A stretch of DNA of 64,000 nucleotides, taken from Puniceicoccaceae bacterium. Lineage in GTDB: Bacteria; Verrucomicrobiota; Verrucomicrobiia; Opitutales; Oceanipulchritudinaceae. A model generated the notes under the pieces. It did no database searches, was not told where the DNA came from, and was given only the letters and a program-made list of their open reading frames with translations. Shown in pieces: positions 10,360-18,633 of the stretch (position 1 is the stretch's first letter; the number at the start of each line of letters is the position of its first letter). The stretch lies in NCBI GenBank assembly GCA_040830765.1, contig JBFOMH010000017.1:313542-377541 (forward strand), in the 5' to 3' direction. The position numbers and the translations under genes are program-made.

Positions 10360-10550
10360 GTGCGGCGTGTCCCTTGGAGTGCGGCAACTTGTTGCCGCCT
10401 TGGAAGGGCGCGACGTGTCGCGCCTGAATGAAGGCTGCGTCAAGCCGCAGCACTCCACGAGGAGCGCCTGAATGAAGGCTGCGTCAAGCCGCAGCATTCC
10501 ACGGGGAGCGCCCAATCAAAGGCTGCGTCATGCCGCAGCACTCCATGGAG
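10356..10550. repeat. Right REP cluster (3 tandem 44-bp units)
   Basis: First 146 bp match the left cluster with 2 mismatches; units start at 10420, 10464 and 10508. Confidence 0.9.
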
Positions 10551-10556
10551 GCGTTG

Positions 10557-12068
10557 CTACCGCAGGTTGTCGGCCATGGCGATGGCCTTGAGCATGCCGG
10601 CGGCCTTGTTGATGGTCTCCTGATATTCTGCTTCTGGTTTGGAATCAGCAACCAAACCGGCGCCACTCTGGACATAGATGGCTTCGTCCTTGATGGTGGC
10701 GGTACGGATGGCGATGCAGGAATCGAGGTTGCCGTCATAGGAGAAATAGCACACGGCACCGGCATACGGGCCTCTTTGTTCCTTTTCCTGCTCAGCGATA
10801 ATCTGCATGGCGCGGACCTTGGGTGCACCACTGACCGTACCGGCGGGAAAGGTGGCGCGCATCAGGTCATAGGCGGTTCGATTTCCGGCAATATGTCCCT
10901 CCACCTGGGAGACGATGTGCATCACGTGGGAATAGCGCTCAATGACCATGTACTCCGGCACTTTGACCGAGCCATATTCACAAACCCGACCGAGATCATT
11001 ACGGGCCAGGTCAACCAGCATCAGGTGCTCTGCCCGTTCCTTTTCGTCAGCCAGCAATTCCTTCTCAAAAGCGATATCGGCCTCATAGGTCTTTCCCCGG
11101 GGCCGGGTGCCGGCAATGGGCCGCAGCTCGGCCAGTCCGTCGGTCAGACGGACGTGGACTTCCGGCGAAGCCCCGACTATAGAATAGGGCCCGGCATCGA
11201 GCAGAACCATGTAAGGGGATGGATTGACGATCCTCAGGACCCGGTAGAGATCCAGCGGTGAACGAGTGTATGGCTTCTCAAAACGCTGGCTGCAAACTAC
11301 CTGGATGACGTCACCGGCGCGGATGTACTCCTTGCAGGTTTCGACCATCTCCTCGAAACGCTCCTGTGTGAAGTTTCCTTCAGGAATAGCTACATCCCCG
11401 GACTGCGGTACCGGCAGGGTGGGGATCTCCCGGCCCTTATGGAGGCGTTCCGCCAGTTCCTTGACGGCCTGTACGGCAGCTTCGTAACTCTCCCCGGCCT
11501 CAGACGGATTCTCGACATGGGCATTGACGAGGAGACGGATGGTCTGCCGGGCCCGGTCGAAAATGACCAGGGTATCGGTAACCAGGAAATGGGCCACCGG
11601 CATATCGAGGATATCTTTTTCCGCCATGGGGACGGATGGCTCGACGCTGTGGATATATTCGTAACTCAGGAATCCAACGGCTCCGCCGATGAAGCGAGGC
11701 ATGTCGGGTAGCCGGACCGGCTTGTACTGGTTCATTTCCTGCTCTAGAACCGTCAATGGATCCGGTGGGCAGGGGAAACGTTCTTCACCACCATCGCGGG
11801 TGCGGACGATGGCCTCCCCACCAAGGTGCATTTCGAAGGTCTTGCGCGGCTGGAACCCGATGAAGGAATAGCGGTTGAGGTTGGCCCCTCCCTCGATGGA
11901 TTCGAGCAGGAACGCTGGTTCCCCTTCATCCTTCAATTTGGAGTAGACCGAGACGGGAGTCTCGAAATCCGCCATCAGGTCGGTGTAGACCGGAATCAGG
12001 TTTCCCTGCCCGGCCAGCTTTTCGAACTCGTCACGGCTGGGCGAAATCTGCAAGGGACGGTTTTCCAT
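10557..12068 (-). CDS. trpE: Anthranilate synthase component I
   Basis: LLESIEGG, NPSPYM, PIAGT (TrpE type, not PabB PIKGT), AEHLMLVDLARND, GAPKVRAM; ATG overlaps the glmS TAA. Confidence 0.92.
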   Translation of the reverse strand: MENRPLQISPSRDEFEKLAGQGNLIPVYTDLMADFETPVSVYSKLKDEGEPAFLLESIEGGANLNRYSFIGFQPRKTFEMHLGGEAIVRTRDGGEERFPCPPDPLTVLEQEMNQYKPVRLPDMPRFIGGAVGFLSYEYIHSVEPSVPMAEKDILDMPVAHFLVTDTLVIFDRARQTIRLLVNAHVENPSEAGESYEAAVQAVKELAERLHKGREIPTLPVPQSGDVAIPEGNFTQERFEEMVETCKEYIRAGDVIQVVCSQRFEKPYTRSPLDLYRVLRIVNPSPYMVLLDAGPYSIVGASPEVHVRLTDGLAELRPIAGTRPRGKTYEADIAFEKELLADEKERAEHLMLVDLARNDLGRVCEYGSVKVPEYMVIERYSHVMHIVSQVEGHIAGNRTAYDLMRATFPAGTVSGAPKVRAMQIIAEQEKEQRGPYAGAVCYFSYDGNLDSCIAIRTATIKDEAIYVQSGAGLVADSKPEAEYQETINKAAGMLKAIAMADNLR

Positions 12069-13927
12069 TATTCGACCGTAACGCTCTTGGCGAGATTGCG
12101 AGGCTTGTCGACATCGCACTTCCGTTCCACCGCTATGTAGTAGGAGAGCAGTTGCATTGGAATCGAAACCAGCGTCGCATGATTGACCTCATGAGTTTCC
12201 GGCAGCTGGATAACATCATCTGCCAAATCCTCCGGGAACTCCTTGCCGGCATCCGTGATGGCGATGACCTGCCCCTTGCGGGCCTTGATCTCCTGGATGT
12301 TGGCAAGGGACTTCTTGAAAATTTCCCCCTTCAGGGCGATGGCCACAGTTGGGCACTCGGGACTTACGAGGGCAATCGGGCCATGCTTCATCTCCGCGGC
12401 TGGATAACCTTCCGCATGGATATAGGAAATCTCCTTCAACTTGAGCGCACCTTCTAGGGCGATGGGGAACATCAGCTGGCGGCCAAGGAAGAGGAAGTCG
12501 TTGTGATGCGCATACTTCTTGGCGATTTCCTCGATCTGGTCTGCCCGCGACAGCGCTTGGGCGACCAGACCCGGCGCATTCTTGAGGGCATTGACGATTT
12601 CCTTGCCGTCGGTGAAGCTCATATCCCGCATGCGGGCGAAATAAAGGCTCAGCATGGCGACGATATGGCATTGCGAAGTGAAGGCCTTGGTTGAAGCAAC
12701 GCCAATCTCCGGGCCGCTGTGCTGGTAGATGCCACCGTCGTTTTCGCGGGCGATGGTCGAGCCAACGACATTGGTGATTCCAAGCACCCGGTAGCCTTTG
12801 CGTTGCGCTTCCCGCTGCGCTTCCAGCGTGTCAATGGTCTCGCCGCTCTGGCTGACCGTGAAAACAAGGGTATTCTTGTCAAGGGGAGCATTGCGGTAGC
12901 GGAATTCACTCGCGTATTCCACCTCAACCGGGATCCGGGCATATTTCTCAATGAGATATTCCGCGACAAGGCAGGCGTGCCAGGCCGTTCCACAGCCCAG
13001 AAAGACAATCCGGTCAATTTGCCGCAGTTCTCGAGGGGCGATATTGAGGCCGCCGAATTGCGCCGTGCTGTTGTCCTGGGAGAAACGGCCCCGCATGGCA
13101 TTCTCTATCCCAATCGGCTGCTCGAAAATCTCCTTCAGCATATAATGCGGGTAGCTGCCCAATTCCGCATCCTCAATATCCCAGCTGATGGTGTCGATGA
13201 CCGGCGAGATAGCGACTTCCTCCATGGTGGAAATGGAGAAATCATCCTTGCGGACAGTAACCATCTGGCCGTCATCCAGATAAACGACATTTTGCGTCCG
13301 TCCGGCAAATGCGGTGACATCCGAAGCGAGGAAGTTTTCCCCGTTTCCAACACCGATGACCAGCGGGCTCCCCTTTCGGGCCCCAATCATGACATCCGGA
13401 ATATCAAGGCACGTCAGGACGATGCCATAGGTCCCTTCAACTTGGGACAATGCTGCCCGGAGGGCTTTCAGAAGGGCTTCCTCGCCGTTGCTGCGCTCGC
13501 GGTCGACCTCAGCTTCATAAAGGAAGGCGATGAGGTTGAGGAGGACCTCTGAGTCTGTTTCGCTGGCAAAAGTGACGTCTTTGGCCTCCAGTTCCCGCTT
13601 GATGACCCCGTAGTTCTCAATGACTCCATTGTGGACCATGGAGATCTTGCCATTCCAGGAGACGTGCGGGTGGGCGTTTTCATCGGTGACACCTCCGTGG
13701 GTGGCCCACCGGGTGTGGGAAATGCCCAATTTCCCGGATTGACGTGTCTTCAGGGATTCCTTGCGGAGGCCGTCGACCCTGCCGGTTTGCTTGAGCACAT
13801 GAAAATTATCATTCTCAAGAAGGCACAATCCGGCCGAATCGTAACCGCGGTATTCGAGCCGTCGCAAGCCGTCCAGAAGGATTGGGGTTGCCTGATGTTT
13901 GCCAATATAGCCAACTATACCACACAT
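12068..13927 (-). CDS. glmS: Glutamine--fructose-6-phosphate aminotransferase
   Basis: MCGIVG start, LEYRGYDSAG, HTRWATHG, C-terminal PRNLAKSVTVE. Confidence 0.97.
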   Translation of the reverse strand: MCGIVGYIGKHQATPILLDGLRRLEYRGYDSAGLCLLENDNFHVLKQTGRVDGLRKESLKTRQSGKLGISHTRWATHGGVTDENAHPHVSWNGKISMVHNGVIENYGVIKRELEAKDVTFASETDSEVLLNLIAFLYEAEVDRERSNGEEALLKALRAALSQVEGTYGIVLTCLDIPDVMIGARKGSPLVIGVGNGENFLASDVTAFAGRTQNVVYLDDGQMVTVRKDDFSISTMEEVAISPVIDTISWDIEDAELGSYPHYMLKEIFEQPIGIENAMRGRFSQDNSTAQFGGLNIAPRELRQIDRIVFLGCGTAWHACLVAEYLIEKYARIPVEVEYASEFRYRNAPLDKNTLVFTVSQSGETIDTLEAQREAQRKGYRVLGITNVVGSTIARENDGGIYQHSGPEIGVASTKAFTSQCHIVAMLSLYFARMRDMSFTDGKEIVNALKNAPGLVAQALSRADQIEEIAKKYAHHNDFLFLGRQLMFPIALEGALKLKEISYIHAEGYPAAEMKHGPIALVSPECPTVAIALKGEIFKKSLANIQEIKARKGQVIAITDAGKEFPEDLADDVIQLPETHEVNHATLVSIPMQLLSYYIAVERKCDVDKPRNLAKSVTVE

Positions 13928-14002
13928 AATTGGTTTGCATAACAAGGCGAGCCGAACCATATAGCAAGCTCAGAACCGTAACCCGTTCTCCTTCAATTAC
14001 CG

Positions 14003-15283
14003 ATGAAATCCAAAGTTGTTTGTGTCGTTATGGGCGGTGGCCGAGGCACTCGTCTGCACCCCCTTACCTCAGAACGCTGTAAGCCAGCAGTTCCCCTCGC
14101 CGGAAAGTATCGCCTTGTTGATATTCCCATCAGCAATTGTCTCCATTCCGGCCTGAATCAGATTTTTGTCCTCACGCAGTTCAACACGGCCTCACTGCAC
14201 CGGCATATCCAGGAAACCTACAAGTTTGACCCGTTCGGCGGAGGATTTGTGGACATCCTTTCCGCAGAGCAGACGCAAAAGGGTGACAGTTGGTACCAAG
14301 GGACAGCGGACGCCGTTCGGCAGAACCTGCACCATCTGGATGTTGCCGATAACGACCTTGTCCTGATCCTTTCCGGGGACCAACTCTACCAGATGGACTT
14401 TGAGGCGCTGATTGAGAAACACCGCAGGACTGAGGCCGCGGTTACCATCGCGGCCAAGGCAATGCCGGTTTCCGAAGTCCACGGACTGGGCCTGATGCGG
14501 GTCGGGGATGACCTCTCGATTAAGGAATTTGTCGAAAAGCCGACCGATCCCAAGGTAATCGAGGGACTTGCCCTTAGTGAGGCGGTCACTTCCCACCTCC
14601 ACGGGTCAAAATCCGAAAAGTACGTCCTCGCCAATATGGGTATCTACTGTTTCGAGATGCGCGTCCTGCGGGAGAGCCTCGACAATACCAATACGGATTT
14701 CGGCAAGGAGGTAATCCCGCACCTCCTGGGCAAAGTGAACCTCATGAGCTATGTCTTCGAAGGCTACTGGGAAGATATCGGAACCGTGCATTCCTTCTTC
14801 GAAGCCAACCTCAGCCTGACGGATCCGGTTCCTCCGTTCAACTTCTTCGATCAGGATGGCTTGATTTATACCCGGGCGCGTTTCCTTCCCGCTTCCAAAA
14901 TCAACGGCATGAAGGTCAAAAATGGGATCATGGCCGGAGGATGCATCATCAGCGACTCGGACTTTGAACGGACGGTGATCGGCGTCCGCTCGGTTATTGG
15001 CTCAGGCAACACGCTCAAAAACGTTGTCATGATGGGAGCCGACTATTTCGAAACGGATGCTGAACGTGAGGAAAACAAGCGTTTGCAACGACCGAATATC
15101 GGGGTTGGCGAGAACTGCCATATTGAAAACGCCATTATCGACAAGAACGCCCGAATCGGCAACAACGTGCGGCTTTCTCCGGAAGGCAAACCCGACATGT
15201 TCGAGCAAGGCGATATCATTGTCCGGGACGGTGTCCTGCTCGTCCTCAAGGGAGGCATCGTGCCCGACGGGACCGTTATTTGA
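14003..15283 (+). CDS. glgC: Glucose-1-phosphate adenylyltransferase
   Basis: GGGRGTRL, KPAVP, WYQGTADAV, FVEKP, YWEDIGT. Confidence 0.95.
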   Translation: MKSKVVCVVMGGGRGTRLHPLTSERCKPAVPLAGKYRLVDIPISNCLHSGLNQIFVLTQFNTASLHRHIQETYKFDPFGGGFVDILSAEQTQKGDSWYQGTADAVRQNLHHLDVADNDLVLILSGDQLYQMDFEALIEKHRRTEAAVTIAAKAMPVSEVHGLGLMRVGDDLSIKEFVEKPTDPKVIEGLALSEAVTSHLHGSKSEKYVLANMGIYCFEMRVLRESLDNTNTDFGKEVIPHLLGKVNLMSYVFEGYWEDIGTVHSFFEANLSLTDPVPPFNFFDQDGLIYTRARFLPASKINGMKVKNGIMAGGCIISDSDFERTVIGVRSVIGSGNTLKNVVMMGADYFETDAEREENKRLQRPNIGVGENCHIENAIIDKNARIGNNVRLSPEGKPDMFEQGDIIVRDGVLLVLKGGIVPDGTVI

Positions 15284-15374
15284 GCCGGGGCTCCCCCTGC
15301 CTTGACCCTCTCCCGGAGTTACCCAAGGGGGATTGGGATTGAGATCAGGATTTGGATGGGGATGAATTTAGTAG

Positions 15375-16418
15375 ATGCGCAAGATCATCCATATCGACAT
15401 GGATTTCTTCTATGCGGCAATCGAATGCCGCGATGATCCATCGATTGCGGACAAACCGGTTGGGGTTGGAGGACGCACCAGCAGGGGCGTATTGACGACC
15501 TGCAACTACGTGGCCCGGGAATTTGGCTGCCGGTCGGGGATGCCGGTCTTCAAGGCATTGGAGTTGTGCCCCGACCTAATTATCAAACCTGTGCGATTCG
15601 ATGTCTACCGTCGCGAGTCGCGGCGCATCCGGGCGATATTCTCTGAATACACGGAGCTTATCGAGCCGTTGTCCCTTGATGAGGCGTATCTCGATGTCAG
15701 TCACCAGCGCCGGTACGCCTATCAGATTGCGAAGGAAATCCGCCGCAAGATTTACCGGGAAACCCAACTGACGGCCAGTGCGGGAATCGCCCCCAACAAG
15801 ATGCTGGCCAAGATCGCCAGCGACTGGAAAAAGCCCAACGGCCAGTTTGCCATTCTCCCCGAAGACGTGGAATCCTTCATGAAGGAATTGCCGGTGCGGC
15901 GCATCCCGGGAGTCGGGCCCCGGGCGGAGGAATTGTTCAAGAGCAAAGGGATTGAAACCTGTGGCCAGTTACAGGAAGTCCCTGTCAATGAAATGGAGGC
16001 CTGGTTGGGTCCCAGCAGGGCGGCGGAACTGCACGCGCGTTGCCGGGGAGAGGACGATCGCCCGGTGGAGGCTCACCGTGAGCGCAAGAGCCTCAGTGTG
16101 GAACGGACCTTTTCCCATGATATTGCCACGGTCGATGGCTGCCTGCAGGAACTGCCCGCCCTGTTGACGGAATTGGAAGAGGACATTTCCAAGATGAAGG
16201 AGCCCCGACCCTTCAACAAGATCTTCGTCAAGTTGAAGTTCTCCAATTTCCAGCAAACAACACGGGAACAGGCGGGGATCGCACTGCTCCCGGAAGCATT
16301 CCAGTCCCTGGTGGGAGAGGCGTTTGACCGCAGCCCTCATGCGGTCCGGCTTCTGGGTGTTGGTGTCCGGTTCCCTGAAAAGGCGGATGACAGCCAATTG
16401 GAATTGGACCTCGCTTAA
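15375..16418 (+). CDS. dinB: DNA polymerase IV
   Basis: IIHIDMD, SLDEAYLD, LAKIASDWKKPNG, VRLLGV. Confidence 0.95.
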   Translation: MRKIIHIDMDFFYAAIECRDDPSIADKPVGVGGRTSRGVLTTCNYVAREFGCRSGMPVFKALELCPDLIIKPVRFDVYRRESRRIRAIFSEYTELIEPLSLDEAYLDVSHQRRYAYQIAKEIRRKIYRETQLTASAGIAPNKMLAKIASDWKKPNGQFAILPEDVESFMKELPVRRIPGVGPRAEELFKSKGIETCGQLQEVPVNEMEAWLGPSRAAELHARCRGEDDRPVEAHRERKSLSVERTFSHDIATVDGCLQELPALLTELEEDISKMKEPRPFNKIFVKLKFSNFQQTTREQAGIALLPEAFQSLVGEAFDRSPHAVRLLGVGVRFPEKADDSQLELDLA

Positions 16419-18583
16419 CCGCCTGGCAGGTGGATCGACGGATCTGTCCATTCAAAGAGGACAATCTCGAAGTGCGGCTGGTGATTCGAGTCAACGGACT
16501 TGAGCAACCAGACCCGCGCACTCTTAAGCAGGGGAAAGTCAGCCCGCCCTGCCTTGATGGCCAGATGAAGGACCCAGGCGGAGCCGTGACGGACCAGTGG
16601 CGACCCCTCGCGCAGCCATCCCTTCAGGGGAAGGCGTGAGAGCAGGGGATCCGTACTATCGCCACCGGCAAAAGCCCTCGGGAGGATTCCCCGGTTGAAA
16701 AAGTCAGCTATGGAATGGCAGGGAGTCTCCCGCAACTGTTTCTCAATCCGTTGAACTGCAGTGGCCACGAAAGCGGTGTCCCAGCTCCGGTAGTCGACTG
16801 AGTCGACTGGATTCGCGAACTGTGGATAGGAAGGAAATTCCACCACCGATTCCTGAAGGCGGGCCAGCCATGTTTCCCCTGTGAGACAATTGACCGGAAT
16901 CGCGGGAACATACGCCTGATCATGTCCATTGCGATTCTGTCGTTTCGTGACCCCCTCTCCTTCAGGCGACCGGGACCACCAGTGACCATTCTCCAGAAGC
17001 GCATTGACTTCAAGCGCTCCGGGTGAACCGACGCCGGACCCTCCATTCCAGGCTGTCAGGTCGCTGGCCGCCAGCAGGGTTTCCGGCATTCTCGAGGGCC
17101 AGGAGAAGAGGGGGCCGGATGGATGTAGTGATTTATCCGTGACAAGATCATTTTCACTATGTCCGGCTTTGGTGATGACAATGTCTGTTACTGGAAAGGT
17201 GCGTCCACCCGCGTCCTTCAGGTCCCGCTCAGCGTCAAGAAGCCGTTGCCGGGGATCCAGCAATCCGGTAAGGCTCTCCCGGGGGCGAACGAAGGAGATG
17301 GAGACCTGGGAATTCTCCTTTCGAAAGGAAAGGCTTCCTCCAGTGAGATGAAAAGGGGAGGGCATGTCGTCAGCTCGATCGAACCCTATGGACTCAACGG
17401 TGATGGGCCAATTCTCCAGGCGAAACCATCCTTTACCGGACCGGGCAGTGGCCAGGGGGTCCGAGGCGCTGGCATCCAGCAAGGCAACCTGCAAACCATC
17501 CGGGTGGGGGTTGAACTCAAGGGTCACCGCATCGGCCGGGCCCACCATGAATCCAGGGTGCAGGGTTCGCGCAAGGCCCTCCGGTTGCTGCTTCGAATCC
17601 GGTTCGGAGAAGACAAGGCTGGCTCCGGATTCCAGAAGACCGGACGTGCGAATCCATGCGTGAATACCCCGTGCGCCCGTCGAGGAATTGGCCGCTGCAT
17701 CGAGGTCAATCCAGCCGGAGGAAATGCCTTTGGAGTGGTTTATGATGCGAATCCGTGGAAGGTTCCAGAAAACTGCTTGGAAAGCAGCCTCCAGACCGGA
17801 TCCAGGATGCATTTGCAGCGGACGATTGTAAGGATTCCAGATCCCCGCATCGATGTAGTAACGGATACGGATCACCTTCTCCCGTTGGCCACTGATACCA
17901 CTGGCGAATATGCCAAACCGAAGGGCAATGAAGTAAGGCACCGGTACCAGTGAAGGGCCAAGTTCAGGGAAGAAGGGCAAGGGTTCACTATTTGGGATGT
18001 ACGGCAATTGAGTCAGCTCCCGCTCAGGTATCAAGCCAGCCAATACAGTTGTCTCATTGGAACCGGTAATTGGTGAGTGCCGCCAGGATGGCAATGGCCA
18101 AAAGGTCCGGGGTTTTTCTTCACTGCCGAGGAGGGATAGATCCTCGGCGGTCCAGGATAATTCGAGGATGTGATCGGCGTTTTCCGGAGACAGCCTTCTC
18201 CATTCAGACTGCAAAGAGTTGTCCGAAACTGCGGACGTGAATCTAGCGGAAATAGCACCTTCCTGTCCTTGCCGCGTGTAGAGGGGATGCGGAACACCTT
18301 CTTCTTCAGAATAGCAAACGGACATCCAATGGAAACCTGATGGATCTGCCTGGAGAAGCGCACTGGTCCCGCTTGAATTGAATATGGTCTGCTCCAGATA
18401 TCTGACCAGTGGAGCTACCTGTTCCTTGAGGGATTGCCTGGCCCGCAGGTGCTCAAGGTCAACCCGTGATTTCCGCAGCACATGCTGGTTATCCTTGAGG
18501 ATGAAGAGGCTCAGGATGACAATGCTGGAGGCCAGCATCAGGGTGAAGGGGAGAACAAATCCTTCTCTGGGACTTTCCGGCAT
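16415..18583 (-). CDS. Hypothetical protein with PilX/pseudopilin-like N-terminal hydrophobic segment
   Basis: 722-aa ORF filling the gap; N-terminal REGFVLPFTLMLASSIVIL; IWNPYNRPL motif. Confidence 0.6.
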   Translation of the reverse strand: MPESPREGFVLPFTLMLASSIVILSLFILKDNQHVLRKSRVDLEHLRARQSLKEQVAPLVRYLEQTIFNSSGTSALLQADPSGFHWMSVCYSEEEGVPHPLYTRQGQEGAISARFTSAVSDNSLQSEWRRLSPENADHILELSWTAEDLSLLGSEEKPRTFWPLPSWRHSPITGSNETTVLAGLIPERELTQLPYIPNSEPLPFFPELGPSLVPVPYFIALRFGIFASGISGQREKVIRIRYYIDAGIWNPYNRPLQMHPGSGLEAAFQAVFWNLPRIRIINHSKGISSGWIDLDAAANSSTGARGIHAWIRTSGLLESGASLVFSEPDSKQQPEGLARTLHPGFMVGPADAVTLEFNPHPDGLQVALLDASASDPLATARSGKGWFRLENWPITVESIGFDRADDMPSPFHLTGGSLSFRKENSQVSISFVRPRESLTGLLDPRQRLLDAERDLKDAGGRTFPVTDIVITKAGHSENDLVTDKSLHPSGPLFSWPSRMPETLLAASDLTAWNGGSGVGSPGALEVNALLENGHWWSRSPEGEGVTKRQNRNGHDQAYVPAIPVNCLTGETWLARLQESVVEFPSYPQFANPVDSVDYRSWDTAFVATAVQRIEKQLRETPCHSIADFFNRGILPRAFAGGDSTDPLLSRLPLKGWLREGSPLVRHGSAWVLHLAIKAGRADFPLLKSARVWLLKSVDSNHQPHFEIVLFEWTDPSIHLPGG

Positions 18584-18633
18584 ACCCCCAAGGCTGCGCC
18601 TTGAGCTGCAGGCTCTTCAAGTGCAGTCTCTGG

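Noticed and set aside
9671..10550. 44-bp tandem units as a CRISPR array
   Set aside because: Units are contiguous near-identical copies with no unique spacers, no cas genes are present, and the adjacent RAYT explains them as REPs
13928..14002. glmS ribozyme
   Set aside because: The intergenic region is only 75 bp and shared with divergent glgC; no conserved core seen
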